The notes beneath the pieces are model-generated. The model was not told the DNA's origin, did not search any database, and saw nothing but the letters and a program-made list of their open reading frames with translations. A DNA stretch of 60,000 nt, taken from contig CM119371.1 in assembly GCA_051294905.1 (NCBI GenBank), positions 30,444,001-30,504,000 on the forward strand, read 5' to 3'. The position numbers were made by a program, and so were the translations under genes. Every line of letters begins with the position of its first letter. Within the stretch, counting starts at the first letter, position 1. Of the stretch, positions 12,851 through 24,368 are shown piece by piece. This stretch comes from Botryllus schlosseri (Eukaryota).

Positions 12851-13437
12851 CTGGTAAGGGAAGAGGGAAAGAAGAATTGGAATGGATTTTCAATATTATG
12901 TTCTCCTTCTGTGTGTACATCATATTTTGAAGGTTTTCTCTTTTAACACTCAGTTGATACACAGTTCATTGTGCGCTTCAGCAATCTATTGCAATGTATT
13001 AGATATGTAGTTGGATAGTTTTTGTGGTAGATTTTGTTTCTATGAATCAGTTAGAATTTAGTCAGTTAGAATTTGGGGTTTCGCGAAAGCTTGCAGATTA
13101 GCGTATGTGTTCGACGGATTAGTAAAAGTTAGGAAGCTTTAATCTATTGCTACATTGCAAGCAGGCGAGACGAAATAAACTCTACAGATACAGCATTGTT
13201 TCAGTACATTGTCGTCTTTTGTTTCCAACAATAATAATACAAATAGTAATTTCATTATCTCCAGCCAGAATAATGAACTTTCGTTAGCACAGTATCGATG
13301 ATACCTACTTTATCAGCAGATAGACAGGATATTGTTGCAATTCGGTCGTGGTTATCATTTCATTGTTTGGTATTTATAATCGTTGGTTGCGACAATACAT
13401 CGACTCATTTCCAGCGTATGTGATACCGATTCCAACC

Positions 13438-13924
13438 ATGAATAAGTGTAGACAGAAAGCGCTCAATGTCACGCCAAGTGATAACCGACGTATATTTAAG
13501 GACGATAACAGAGCTCATTTTTTCATTATGACATTTGCCTTCATTGTTACTAGGTGCAGTGACGGAATATATATTTGAGCCAATGGACAGTTTTCAGAAT
13601 ACTTCGCTTTGCTGTCGCAAGAACATGGGAGAAGATCGGAGCAAAATAACGATGGATGTAATGTCCCGAAGACTGCCGCTGAAAAGAGTGCGCCGATGCC
13701 TGCTATTTGAATTCAACTCGAGCAACAATCGTTCTCGCAGCACTAACAACTCGCCAATTAACCTCACTGACGATGAAGTCAAATCCATGCCCGGTGTAAG
13801 AGTAATTGCAAGACCCCAACCTCGCATCAACACGCCACCAATGGCCGATTTTCTTCTGAATATCGGCGCCATTTCCGCGGAGCGACACGCCCAGTTAACA
13901 GAGGATTGGACCTTAACTCATTGA
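13438..13924 (+). CDS. Candidate 2-exon orphan gene (13438-13489, 13554-13924; ~140 aa)
   Basis: ACCATG start; a 64-nt GT..AG intron joins two ORFs in frame; upstream acceptor at 13414; no recognised homology; weak donor. Confidence 0.3.
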
Positions 13925-15254
13925 AAGCCCGAAAGCAGCTAATTATTTGTGACGCTATAGGCTTTTGATATATGTCAATTTCCTTTATTTTATATGAATA
14001 TTGTTTGATAAACATGTGTTCTTTTCTGCTGGATGTTTCCATTTGACTTGCCCGCCTTGGACGGTTCGGTTTATGAGAATTGCGCACTGCGCAGTTAATT
14101 AAATTTCAGAGTTCATCCAACGAGGTATATTTAGTTCAAACGATGCCCAGTTCTGCAGAATTTTACAGCACGCTCGACGATTTTGCGTGTCATCCTGGCG
14201 ACATGGGCGTAGTCAGGTGTAGCCATTTTTCGTAAATAAATATAAAGTGGGGTATTTTGGAGAAGGTGTTTTCAACCTGAAATTTTTCTTACCGCTTCGT
14301 AGGATCTAATCTGTGGGTGCCGCAGTTGGTTAAACACTGCCGTCACGACGCTAATGGTTGGTGGTTGGATTCTCGGCTCTGCCATGTTTCTATGTGGGGT
14401 TTCTATCGGAGGTTTATCTGGGCTCCTCATGGCCGATCCCGCTGTACATACCGCGCATTGAAAAGCCCAGAGAAAGAAAGAGCCGAACTCTTGAAAGATG
14501 GCAGCAAAAAGACCAAGTTGGAACAGCAAAAAAGCTGGGCGCAAATGACGTTACAGGCGATAAGCGTCAATGTTGTGTGAATAAAACAAACAAACAAACA
14601 ATATCAATTATCAAAATTACGCAATGATTATCTACTACCACTACAATAGAACTACTATCCACTCCTAACTTTATGGTGCAATAAGGAACATTTTTGTTGT
14701 GAAGCGTAATGCGAAGAAGCACCGAATTTTGTGTGATATCATCACATAGTTGAGTGTCAAATATAACGACAACAATATTGATCATTTTGACGCAATGAGT
14801 TTACATAGTTCTTGAAGCAAAGACATCCAAAACATTTGAATTCTTGCTCATTTTTATGGCACTATTATGAAAGGTTTACAAACCGAAAACGTTAATACCG
14901 GTCTACTATATCCGACACACGGCTACGTTACCCAGGAACTACTGCGTTATTTTAAGGAAGTCATCCCAAATCCTCTATGGAGGAGTGACATCTAGTACAG
15001 GTAAATCTCCGCTTACCTCTACGACAAATTTCCGAAAGATTTACAACCAGAAATCAATGCTACACCAGGCGTTAATTAGCATTGGAACAAACGCAAGACG
15101 CACGAAAAAGTAGCGTGCTAAGCTCTGTCTGCTATGCGCTGCGGGTCACGTAATTGAAGTCCTGCAGACAGCCTATTGAGACAGTGGCCTGTCAGTGGTA
15201 TTTGACAGTCAATTAATGTTGCACAGATGTGATAAGGCAACAACATGCAAGTAG

Positions 15255-15987
15255 GCCTTATTACGGCTCTTGTGTCATCCAAAATCGAGCCATAAGAAAT
15301 ATATGTGGCATAGATTCTAGGTCATCTGCTACTCCTGGTTATTTAGCTCTCAGGATACTTAAGCTACCCGATTTGTATAATTATGAAATAGCCAACCTGA
15401 TGCATAAATTTACAAACGGTAATATCTCCCCTTACTTTAATAGCTTGTTTGAGCAATCTTCCACTGTGCATGGGTAGTCTACTAGATCATCGGAATCTGG
15501 TCATCTTTATGTTCGCCGCATGAACTCCAGACTGACCCAACAGTCCATTGAATATATGGGCCCAAATATTTGGAATGACGTGCCTGACAGTATCAAAGAG
15601 CTACCTCAGCATGAATTTAAAACCCAATACCAGGATTACCTTTTTTCAAATTATAATCAGATATGAGAGTATCTACTATCTAGTACCCGTTGATTTATAA
15701 ATTATACATCTATTTATTGACTTCATATTGCTTTACCTAGTATGTTGCCATGGCTACTGTCTTTGTTATATATTTGTGATAATTATTTTCTTCTATTTGT
15801 GATTAATATTTTCTTTTATATTGCAGACTGTCCAGTGTCCACTGTTATATTTATTGGGATGAGTGCACTTGATTACTTCACTGCCATGGAGGTGACGAGT
15901 AACAAGGCCTTTATAGGCCATATCGTCACCTCCAGTCACCTTTTTATGTTTGACGAAGCAATAAAATGTCTGTCTGTCTGTCTGTCA
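15255..15987 (+). mobile_element. 3' end of an L2/CR1-clade LINE
   Basis: IQNRAIRNICG..LRILKLPDLYNYE..GPNIWNDVP C-terminal remnant; 3' stem-loop ~15887-15933; AATAAA followed by a (CTGT)n tail. Confidence 0.8.
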
Positions 15988-16907
15988 AGATCAAACTCGA
16001 ATTACGTAGCAAGGCTCCCGGTAGTCAACGCGTACTACAACCAAATCCACACTTGTATATCCTTCAATATATTCGTTGACTGAAGCCAAGGCGCATGAAT
16101 CTTCTTATTGCAGTGGAAATACGGAAGTGATACGGAGAACTAAAAAATACACAAAAACAGAGTCAATACTAACGCTAGCCTACTGCGTCCTATCTAACAA
16201 CGCAAATCTTACCAATTTATTCCGGCAACAATCCTACAGAACATAATTGATCCTAATTACTAATTATGCATGTAGAAAGGTAAACAATTACTAAATATGC
16301 CAATTAAAAAAGAAAAACAGCAGACCAAGAGCATGGCTTACATCAGGAAAGGAACACACGCATGGCTTGGTACTTCTAAACAACGATGGTACGCTATCGT
16401 TACAGGCCTACAACAAAGAATTGTTTTTTAAATTATTTCCATTCTAGAAAATATATGTTTGAAGCTCTTGTTTGTGTGGTTGTGCCATATAGTGTTTTGC
16501 TAATTGTTACAATTCGACTATGCTTGAATAATAACCTATTTATTGATTAGTTCTCCACTATCTCTGTGCGGGGGAGATAGCGCAGTGGTGACGATAAGCG
16601 CCTACGAATCGGGGCCATATATATGCTATATCGCATATGTGATAATGCTGTATTGTGTCACCCAGCGTGAAATAGCTAAGGAGTAAGGATACGACGACGA
16701 TATTATGGAACCTATCACGGCGGCTGATTCACAGACTTGTACTGCAAATCCATGTGGTAGATATGAATTCTAATGATTAGATATTTGTTGCAATAATGCT
16801 GGTAAATGGATGACCCCATCAGCAAGAAGTTCAATATCCAAATTCAACACGAGATTGGTTACAGTACAGACGAGCAACTTCGCCCACGGACTACTGTCAT
16901 ATCGCGA

Positions 16908-17034
16908 TCAATTGTGCTCGATACATGAAAAGAGATCAGCAAGTTTGACTTGCTGTCCCTCGATTAACTACGAGCTGGGGGTTCGATCTTTGCTCGAACG
17001 ATTGCGTTGCGCAACTTCACCTGCGCACGACAGC
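16908..17034. repeat. 127-bp direct repeat, copy 1
   Basis: Closely matches 19230-19356. Confidence 0.9.
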
Positions 17035-17117
17035 GTACATTTGATGGGGGTTGTCCCTGACCAAAAGTACACGACTGAGATTACTCACAGCCATGAAACA
17101 GTTGGAGAGTTGCTTTG

Positions 17118-19096
17118 TTATTCCATCATTCCTTTTTCTTTGAGCTCTTTCGGGCTTCTGCTTTCCATCTCAGCGTTGATGTAGACCAAGATTTCTGCGG
17201 CTTTGGGTTCGTGATTTTGTTTTCGCCTTCTTTTACTTCTTCGAATGCATGATCTCAAAAGCCAGATTGGTTTTATTGCTTTACCTTCATGCTTTTTCGC
17301 ATTCCTTCCGTCCCATGTCGCTTGCTTCAGTGTCGATGTGATCGTGAGGTAGACGAGCAGCTCCTCTAGTTGCATCGGTTCTCTCTGATCCATGTTGATT
17401 ATTTCCTGTAGCCCTGGTGGTTTTGCTGTCCGCCCCGTGATGCTATTTCCTGCGTCTAAAAACAGGAGTATAATCCGCCTTTCCGTCTTACATTTTATGA
17501 AGAGATGTTCGGGCGATTCGATCTGTGTTTCACATAGTGGGGAGTCTCTTGTTCCTGAAGCCATTGTGGCTTGCAACTTTTCGTTGGTTGGCAGCAGCCT
17601 GTTCGCAATATCCCAATTGACTTTCCTTTGCTCGAGGGTGAGATAGAAGTTGCTCATGCTCATATTTGACCAGTTCGGTCCTTGTATTTCCTTCACTTAG
17701 CTCAGATTGTTTCTGACGATAGCCATATAGTATCTGTCGCGTTGTTTGATTTTGGTGTCCTGTTTGCTGAAGCCCATGTTCTCCATCGTCTTTGCGATTT
17801 CCCTCCAATGTTTCAGCGACTGTACTGTATGTGGTATGGTGTTATCAATCGTACTTTTTCCATACCTTTTTAGGGTGAGGGCTAATTGATTTTCCAGCCT
17901 TCTCTCCCATTCGGTTTCCGGCTTTTTGTCCTCTTTCTAGAGGTATTTTAGGGCTGACTTGATGAACGCGAGATCAGTCATTGTTGGAATGTCTACCAGA
18001 TCCAATCTTCCCGTCTCTCTGCTCTGTATGATATAGCCTACTCGAATTCGATTTTGCCGTCGAGGCCCATCACGATTGCCGCCACTTCGATCTTCAGTTT
18101 CTTTTTCGTCTGGCTCGCTATTTTGTTTTTCGCGGCTGTATAAGTAAAAGCGGGAGGATATTAGTCCTGCCTATACTGACCTTTTCATGTCTTTTTAGGC
18201 GGAATGTTCTTAGCTCATTGAGAATGTCGACAGTTTTGTTTATCGCTTCGATCCACGGTTCCGTCTCGGCCTTCTCGTCATGTGCTATGATGTTGCCCAG
18301 AGCCGTAAGCTTGTTCGTCCAATTTAGTGTGATGGTAGGATGCCTTCGCTTTTTTCTTACGAATGTTATCCCCTTCGTTTTTTCTTGATTCGTCTGGAGG
18401 ACGCTCGCTTTGCCGAATTCTGTTACTATGCCGATTGCCTCTTTGCTGTCGTTCTCTGTTGCGAGCGTGATCGTGATGTCGTCGGCGCATGACGGCGTGG
18501 TGATTCTCTCCTTCATGCCAGCGAGTTCCTGTTATGGAACTTTTGAAGAAGCGATTCGGTGACTATTGTGAATAAATACATCGAAATGGGGTCACCGTGT
18601 TTTATGCCCTCTCGTATTTTTATAGTTTTCCCAATTGCGCCGCCGATGGATATATTCGCTTCTCCGTTCTTGTAAATTGCCTCGTAGAATCGTCTGAAGT
18701 TGTTAGCCAGGCCAGCTTCTTCTAGTGATCTGTGCTTCCTCTTCCGTTATTGGCTTATCTATGTCCTCTTGTTGCTTTTGCGAGAGCCGTCTTGTTTGCG
18801 CTCTGAAATAAGGAATCAGCTATATCGGATTCTGTATTTTTCTTACTATATAGCTATTCGTAATAATCATCAACTGTCTCTCGGATCTTGTTCTGGTCTG
18901 TGGTGGTGCTCGCGGCTGGATTGATTGCGCTGATGAATGCCACATCTCTTCGCTTCTTCGTGCTTTCGCAGAGTGTGTACGGGAATTTACTAAGCATCTC
19001 TTCCGCTCTGGCCTTCGATTCCATTTGGATGAGTTTCAGGATGTTGTCCTCCTTGTTTTCCCGAATATTCTTTTTTACCCTTCTGTAATCTGGCAA
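17118..19096 (-). mobile_element. Decayed L1/Tx1-clade LINE ORF2 fragment
   Basis: IREGIKHGDPIS, CADDIT, NQEKT and C-terminal LPTN..PLC....ESPEHLFIKC zinc-binding remnant; frameshifts and internal deletion. Confidence 0.85.
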
Positions 19097-19229
19097 TGGA
19101 GTATTTGTAGTGTACGCATGACACGGTCTCTCTCTGATTTTAGCTCTTTTCAGTCTTCTTCTCGTTGCTTGCCTGGCGACTTGCTTGAACTACTGAAACA
19201 CGTCACAAGGTCGTGCGTTCACATTGTTG

Positions 19230-19356
19230 TCAATTGTGCTCGACACATGAAAACGGATCAGCAAGTTTGATATGCTGTCCCTCGATTAACTACGAGCTTG
19301 AGGTTCGATCTTTGCTCGAATGATTGCGTTGCGCAACTTCACCTGCGCACCACAGC
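19230..19356. repeat. 127-bp direct repeat, copy 2
   Basis: Closely matches 16908-17034. Confidence 0.9.
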
Positions 19357-19742
19357 CCATTCTGCATCAGTATACGTGTAAACGTAAAGGTAGGAAGAAG
19401 TGAAGTTCTAAATATAGATTGTACCCGATCCTATTTAATAGTGTTTACGGTGAGTAAGCTAATACATACAATTACATGAGCATTTGATTCATTCGAATGA
19501 TAAAGTGTAGCCGTGATCGATTACCAATCGCGACGACACGCGGAATATCTGATCGATTAGCCAATTTGTATAGGCTACTACTGTCGATCCATAATGCTGG
19601 TGTTAAAAGCAATGAGGAGACATCTGACATAATATGCAGCAATGTTGATGAGCGGATTATAGACACTTACATGAACTTTGACATGAGCCAATCAGGTTGC
19701 AGCATCATGTCAAAAACAGAAAGGGGGTTGCAGGGTTTGAAA

Positions 19743-19813
19743 ATGAAGATTTTTCAGCTTCGGTGAATAGTAATAACCGTTATTACTATTCACCGAAGCT
19801 GAAAAATCTTCAT
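19743..19813. repeat. Perfect palindrome, 35-bp arms, 1-nt centre
   Basis: ATGAAGATTTTTCAGCTTCGGTGAATAGTAATAAC-C-reverse complement. Confidence 0.95.
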
Positions 19814-19945
19814 GCTAGTATGTAGGCCTATTTGCAGTGCTCGAAGCTAGAATAAACACGAATGGTGGCAAGTAGCCTACGCATCAGCAAGATGTGTCCA
19901 ATTGCATGGATTTTGACAACTTTTCGAATGAAGAAACTATTATTG

Positions 19946-21946
19946 CAGGGCTGTGGAGTCGGTAAATTTTACCACCGACTCCGGCTCCGACTCCACACAT
20001 TTTCAATATACCGACTCCGACTCCTGAGTCTTCAAACGTACCGACTCCGACTCCTGGGTCTTTAAACGTACCGACTCAAACTCCAGCATTATTACCAATT
20101 TATTTCGAAAATTATATGCCACATAGTCGGTTGAATGACTATCATACAACCATTAAACATATGCAAACATTTGATTAACGGCGGCATGCTAAATTGTTTC
20201 ATTGTGGCACAGCTCGAATTATCCACTATGCAATTAACATGAAAAATAGATTTGCTAAAGATCCTTCCTTTTTCAAGTTTTTATAACATGGACTCTCTAA
20301 TATCCTGAAATGTATGAATCATTCAAATATGGCAGATATCCAATCCTGTATAATAAAAATGTAGATAAAAAATCCAAGTGTAGCTCTTGTGTATGAGTCA
20401 GCAACTAATAAAGAGATTGAACTTACTAATTTTGTCATTGCACACTATCCTGATTACAAGCACACACACTCTTACTACTATAATAGACCTTTTGGTCATA
20501 AATGGAATTTAGTTAAGTAGTCAAAAGACCATAGCCTATGTCATAGTCATAGTCTACACTACATGTACAAAATCAAGTATTCAAGGATTGGGACTTATTG
20601 CAGTGTTTCTTAATCATTTGTTCGACCCAAACAGCTAAGCTACACTACAAATATTTTAAATTTTGTCAAGTGGGAAGCATCGTTTGGTCAGATTTACATC
20701 ATTTTTACAATTTTACAAAACCAGCCGATGCATTTGCTCCATCAAAGTATCATGGTATAATTCTAAAAATTGCTTCAATTTTGACTGCATTGCGAAAACT
20801 CATCTTGCGATTTTATTCCCCTCTGCAACTGAGTTGTAATTTGCAAGAAATGTCTAATTTTATCTATATCAGGGGTGGGCAACTTTTTCGGCGAAAGGGA
20901 CACCTGAGATTTACGAACCATTGCGCGGGCAACTGGAATGTTGATAACCTTTTTTTAATCGTCGATAGGAGCGAACCGAATTAGGTTACATTGCAAACAG
21001 GACTTATATTAATACGCTCTGAATTGATCACAATATGTCATGCAACTGTGCAGTGCGCAAACAGGCCCTGGTCGTGCGAAGCGCGAATTTTTTTTTGCAA
21101 GATAACGACTGAATTAGGCTATATCAATAAATATGTCGCTAACATACATTGCGGGTCGCATCTTATACTACTGGGCTCATTTGGCAAGGACAGGATTATT
21201 CGACGTTTAGACATAGCAAAATCGACGGTATCAGTGAACATGCCTGTATCATTTTGTGCAAATGTTTTGTCGACGATCTCGCTGCGAGTGCACAAGCGAA
21301 GCCGCATGTTGGACGACACGTTATCTCCTAATTGCGAATAGTTAGACTCCATTCGGTGAATAATATGTATTAATAATTTTTAGAAGGGGGCTCAAATACT
21401 GAATGCAAGAAATCTAGTGACAATGAATCATGCGAAGTACCAAGAAAAATGTCAAGTCAAATAAATCTGCTATGAAATATTCTACTTTATGGTCATATAC
21501 GAAGATCTGGGATAAATGTTGCTGGCCCCTGGATACGTCAATGCGTCAGAACTGTTTTAGTCATCATCAAATTTCTCGGTCATGCTAATCAAATTTTGGT
21601 TGGCCTTGCAATTGTACCTGATGTCATAAATAATTTCGAGAATTACCTCGCAGGCCACACCTAACCTTCTCCTGTGCTAAATTTAGCCTGCGTGCCACGG
21701 GCTGATAGCACCTGATCTGTATGGTTATTAATAACAGTGATAGGTGGTACATAAAAATTATATTGAAAATTCTTTTAAAGCAAATGTTTTCATGATAGAG
21801 AAGTTGGAGTCGGAGTCGGAGTCGAAGTCAGGGTCATTCTCACAAACTCCGACTCCGACTCCAGTCAGTATTTCCCCTCCGACTCCAGCTATTATAGTTT
21901 TCACGACTCCGACTCCACCGATTCCGACTCCGACTCCACAGCCCTG
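19946..21946. mobile_element. hAT non-autonomous element with subterminal (GACTCC)n repeats
   Basis: TIRs CAGGGCTGTGGAGTCGG / CCGACTCCACAGCCCTG; 8-bp TSD TATTATTG; decayed relative at ~42450-44070. Confidence 0.9.
20870..21714. mobile_element. Nested hAT MITE (same family as 32488-33214)
   Basis: Starts CAGGGGTGGGCAAC; TSD ATCTATAT / ATCTGTAT. Confidence 0.7.
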
Positions 21947-23175
21947 TATTATTGTAGGCTATTTTCCTTATTCGTATACCACACGATTGTTGTACACGGC
22001 TAAAGAGTGTCCGGAATTTGAGCCGCGAAAACATGGTAATCCTGGCCGTGTGACAAGTCGGTAGCTACGGAATAAAAGTGAAGAAAAATAGTCTGGTGTA
22101 AATGACCATAGTATTCGACAAAACACCATGAATAGTCCACCACAAACAACATCAATAACAAGATGACAATGTAGCCCGCGGCCACAGTCCACTACTTGCT
22201 TCTTTACTAGCTACGTCAAATTATGGTGACTCTATAGAGCAGTGGTTCTCAACCTTTTTTCCTCCGGCGCCCCCTTTCAAAAATTATCGTGCTCTAGCGC
22301 ACAGATAGACCTCTAATTTTTGACGAGTCTGCGCACACTCACCAACTCACAGCGCAGACCCTTGGACAACAGTGTGTAACGACTTAAAAAAAGGTCATCA
22401 CTTCGTATTTTTTGCGCAACTTCGATTTTCTGTGCGCAGATATCATACCAGCGCTGCGTGGGGAAGAGGAGCCCGCAGATGAACCTCCGACGGGAATCGA
22501 TCGGGTACACCAGCTTAGTAGGCGTTTATCGCTATTTCCAAAATATGATAACCCTATGTTATGTGCCTCGAGAGGATAACAATAATGCGAGCGCTGATTA
22601 TAAATATCGATTTGAGGTAAGAACATAAACACAATATAGGCCTCTGCGAAGTGCGAATACAGACGATACGGTTCAATTCACATGTCACGTTTGACGTATG
22701 TCAATAACAGGAGCCGGTGAGCTAGCAGCAGCAGCATATGGCGAATGTTGAGTGTATAATGAACGCAGATTTGATAATCATGGTGATGATAATGGCATAT
22801 ATGATATATCTGTAATCAAATCTGAATTTATAATATAATTTTCTTTGTCTGCTGCTCGGCTATTGTGATTATTAGTGACCGTAATCAGTAAGTTAATCCG
22901 TTAATCGTTGGGTTATATTTTCATGAATCTCGATAAGTCACACACAATGTAGCCTACAAAGGCTACAATGCGATGTAATGAACAGATAGGAAGAGTTATT
23001 CTGTTCCGTGTTCACTTGCGCCAGGGCCAGTATACGGAGCGCACTGCTCAGGATACCTGCCATAATGTTGATGTAACTTATATATTTGCGTCGCTATGTT
23101 GAAGTATTCACCCTCGTATAGCGTTACCTTATTCTTCTTCATCTTTAATTAAATAATATATTCATATTGAAATGA

Positions 23176-23219
23176 ACCCGAATATTTTCGGCTGACACTC
23201 GTCAGGGGTAATCGTCAGC
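23176..23219 (-). ncRNA. Minimal type I hammerhead ribozyme motif (family A, intact)
   Basis: Exact reverse complement of 23242-23285. Confidence 0.8.
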
Positions 23220-23241
23220 AACTAGTAGAGAATTGCTAGTT

Positions 23242-23285
23242 GCTGACGATTACCCCTGACGAGTGTCAGCCGAAAATATTCGGGT
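23242..23285 (+). ncRNA. Minimal type I hammerhead ribozyme motif (family A, intact); predicted cleavage after C23281
   Basis: Stem I ACCC/GGGU, core CUGACGA, G10.1-C11.1 closing a 7-nt loop, GAAA, palindromic stem III AAUAUU, UUC triplet. Confidence 0.8.
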
Positions 23286-23594
23286 TCATTTCAATATGAA
23301 TATATTATTTTATTGTATATTGAAGTTCTTCATCTTTGTGCATCTACAAATGGTTTGCCATACTGGATATAAACAATATAAGCCCATTGTCATATAGTGT
23401 GCTCTTCCTGGCTGTAGCTTCCGCTGTCGTCATGACTTTTTTACGATGTGATGTAGAAGTTGTGGCATTCCACGTTTGTAAGTCAGTAAGTGACATTGGA
23501 AGAGAGGAAGGCCCTCTTTGCTTTGACATTGTGAGGTATGATGCATGAATATAGTGCATTTGGTTCGCTGCCTCGCAATTTGTGAGGGGTCTCA

Positions 23595-24081
23595 CACTAC
23601 AAAAAAAAATTAGACAAATTGGTCTCAAAATTAGACAAATTTGGTCTCAAATTTAAGAAATGAGGATGATTTGGTCTCATTTTACCACCCACTCACCATA
23701 AATGCTATTTTCGACTCAGACAACCATATATATATTGATCTGAATAGTACATGTGAGTAGTAAGTGGCATGTACCTTGATAACTATATCTAGTGAATACC
23801 TTGTAAACTTAGTACAGGATCATCTCAACACTGCAATTTCTGGTCTCTCTCATCCTTCCCCTCCTCCGCTCAGACCCCTAACACTGAAAAGGATGCCCCC
23901 GAGGCACTGCTACTATTTTCGATCAATTTCTGGCTTACTTTTGAGACATAAAGTACTTGGTAAGACTAATTAGTCTTTAAGACTAATTGGTCTTTAAGAC
24001 TTATTGGTCTTTAAGACTTTTTTTTGTAAAAAATCGATTTGAGACATTGAGACCAAATTTGTCTTATTTTTTTTTGTAGTG
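23595..24081. mobile_element. CACTA/EnSpm-type non-autonomous element
   Basis: TIRs CACTACAAAAAAAAATTAGACAAATT / AATTTGTCTTATTTTTTTTTGTAGTG; 2-bp TSD CA; internal 16-bp tandem repeats. Confidence 0.8.
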
Positions 24082-24368
24082 CAGTATAGTCCAAGTCCAA
24101 CCCAATTAAAATAGAGATTTTTTGAATCAGTACAGTATCACTTTTCAATACAACTTATTTTGAAAATTTTTTATTTGTCACTTGGACCTATCATTGTCCC
24201 TTCCTGGCCTTCTAACAATAGCAGTTCATAGAGTTGTTATACTATTAGACAGAAATTTATCCTGTAACATGGCCATTTTACCTCCCCCCCCAAAATCAAT
24301 ACAACACAACTTCAAATTTCATCTATTTTTCAACAGCAATATTAGTAATTGGATGCAATACAAGCATC

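Larger units (their letters stand above)
23147..23325. mobile_element. Penelope-type insertion consisting only of two inverted terminal repeats
   Basis: Perfect 75-bp arms 23151-23225 / 23236-23310 nearly identical to the termini of the 6377-7222 element; 12-bp TSD TTCTTCATCTTT at 23135 and 23326. Confidence 0.85.

Noticed and set aside
19975..20085. CRISPR-like spaced repeats (CCGACTCCGACTCC)
   Set aside because: Subterminal repeats of a TSD-flanked hAT element; spacers are not unique; eukaryotic context with no cas genes
21744..22064. Pro/Thr-rich ORF
   Set aside because: Translation of (GACTCC)n transposon repeats
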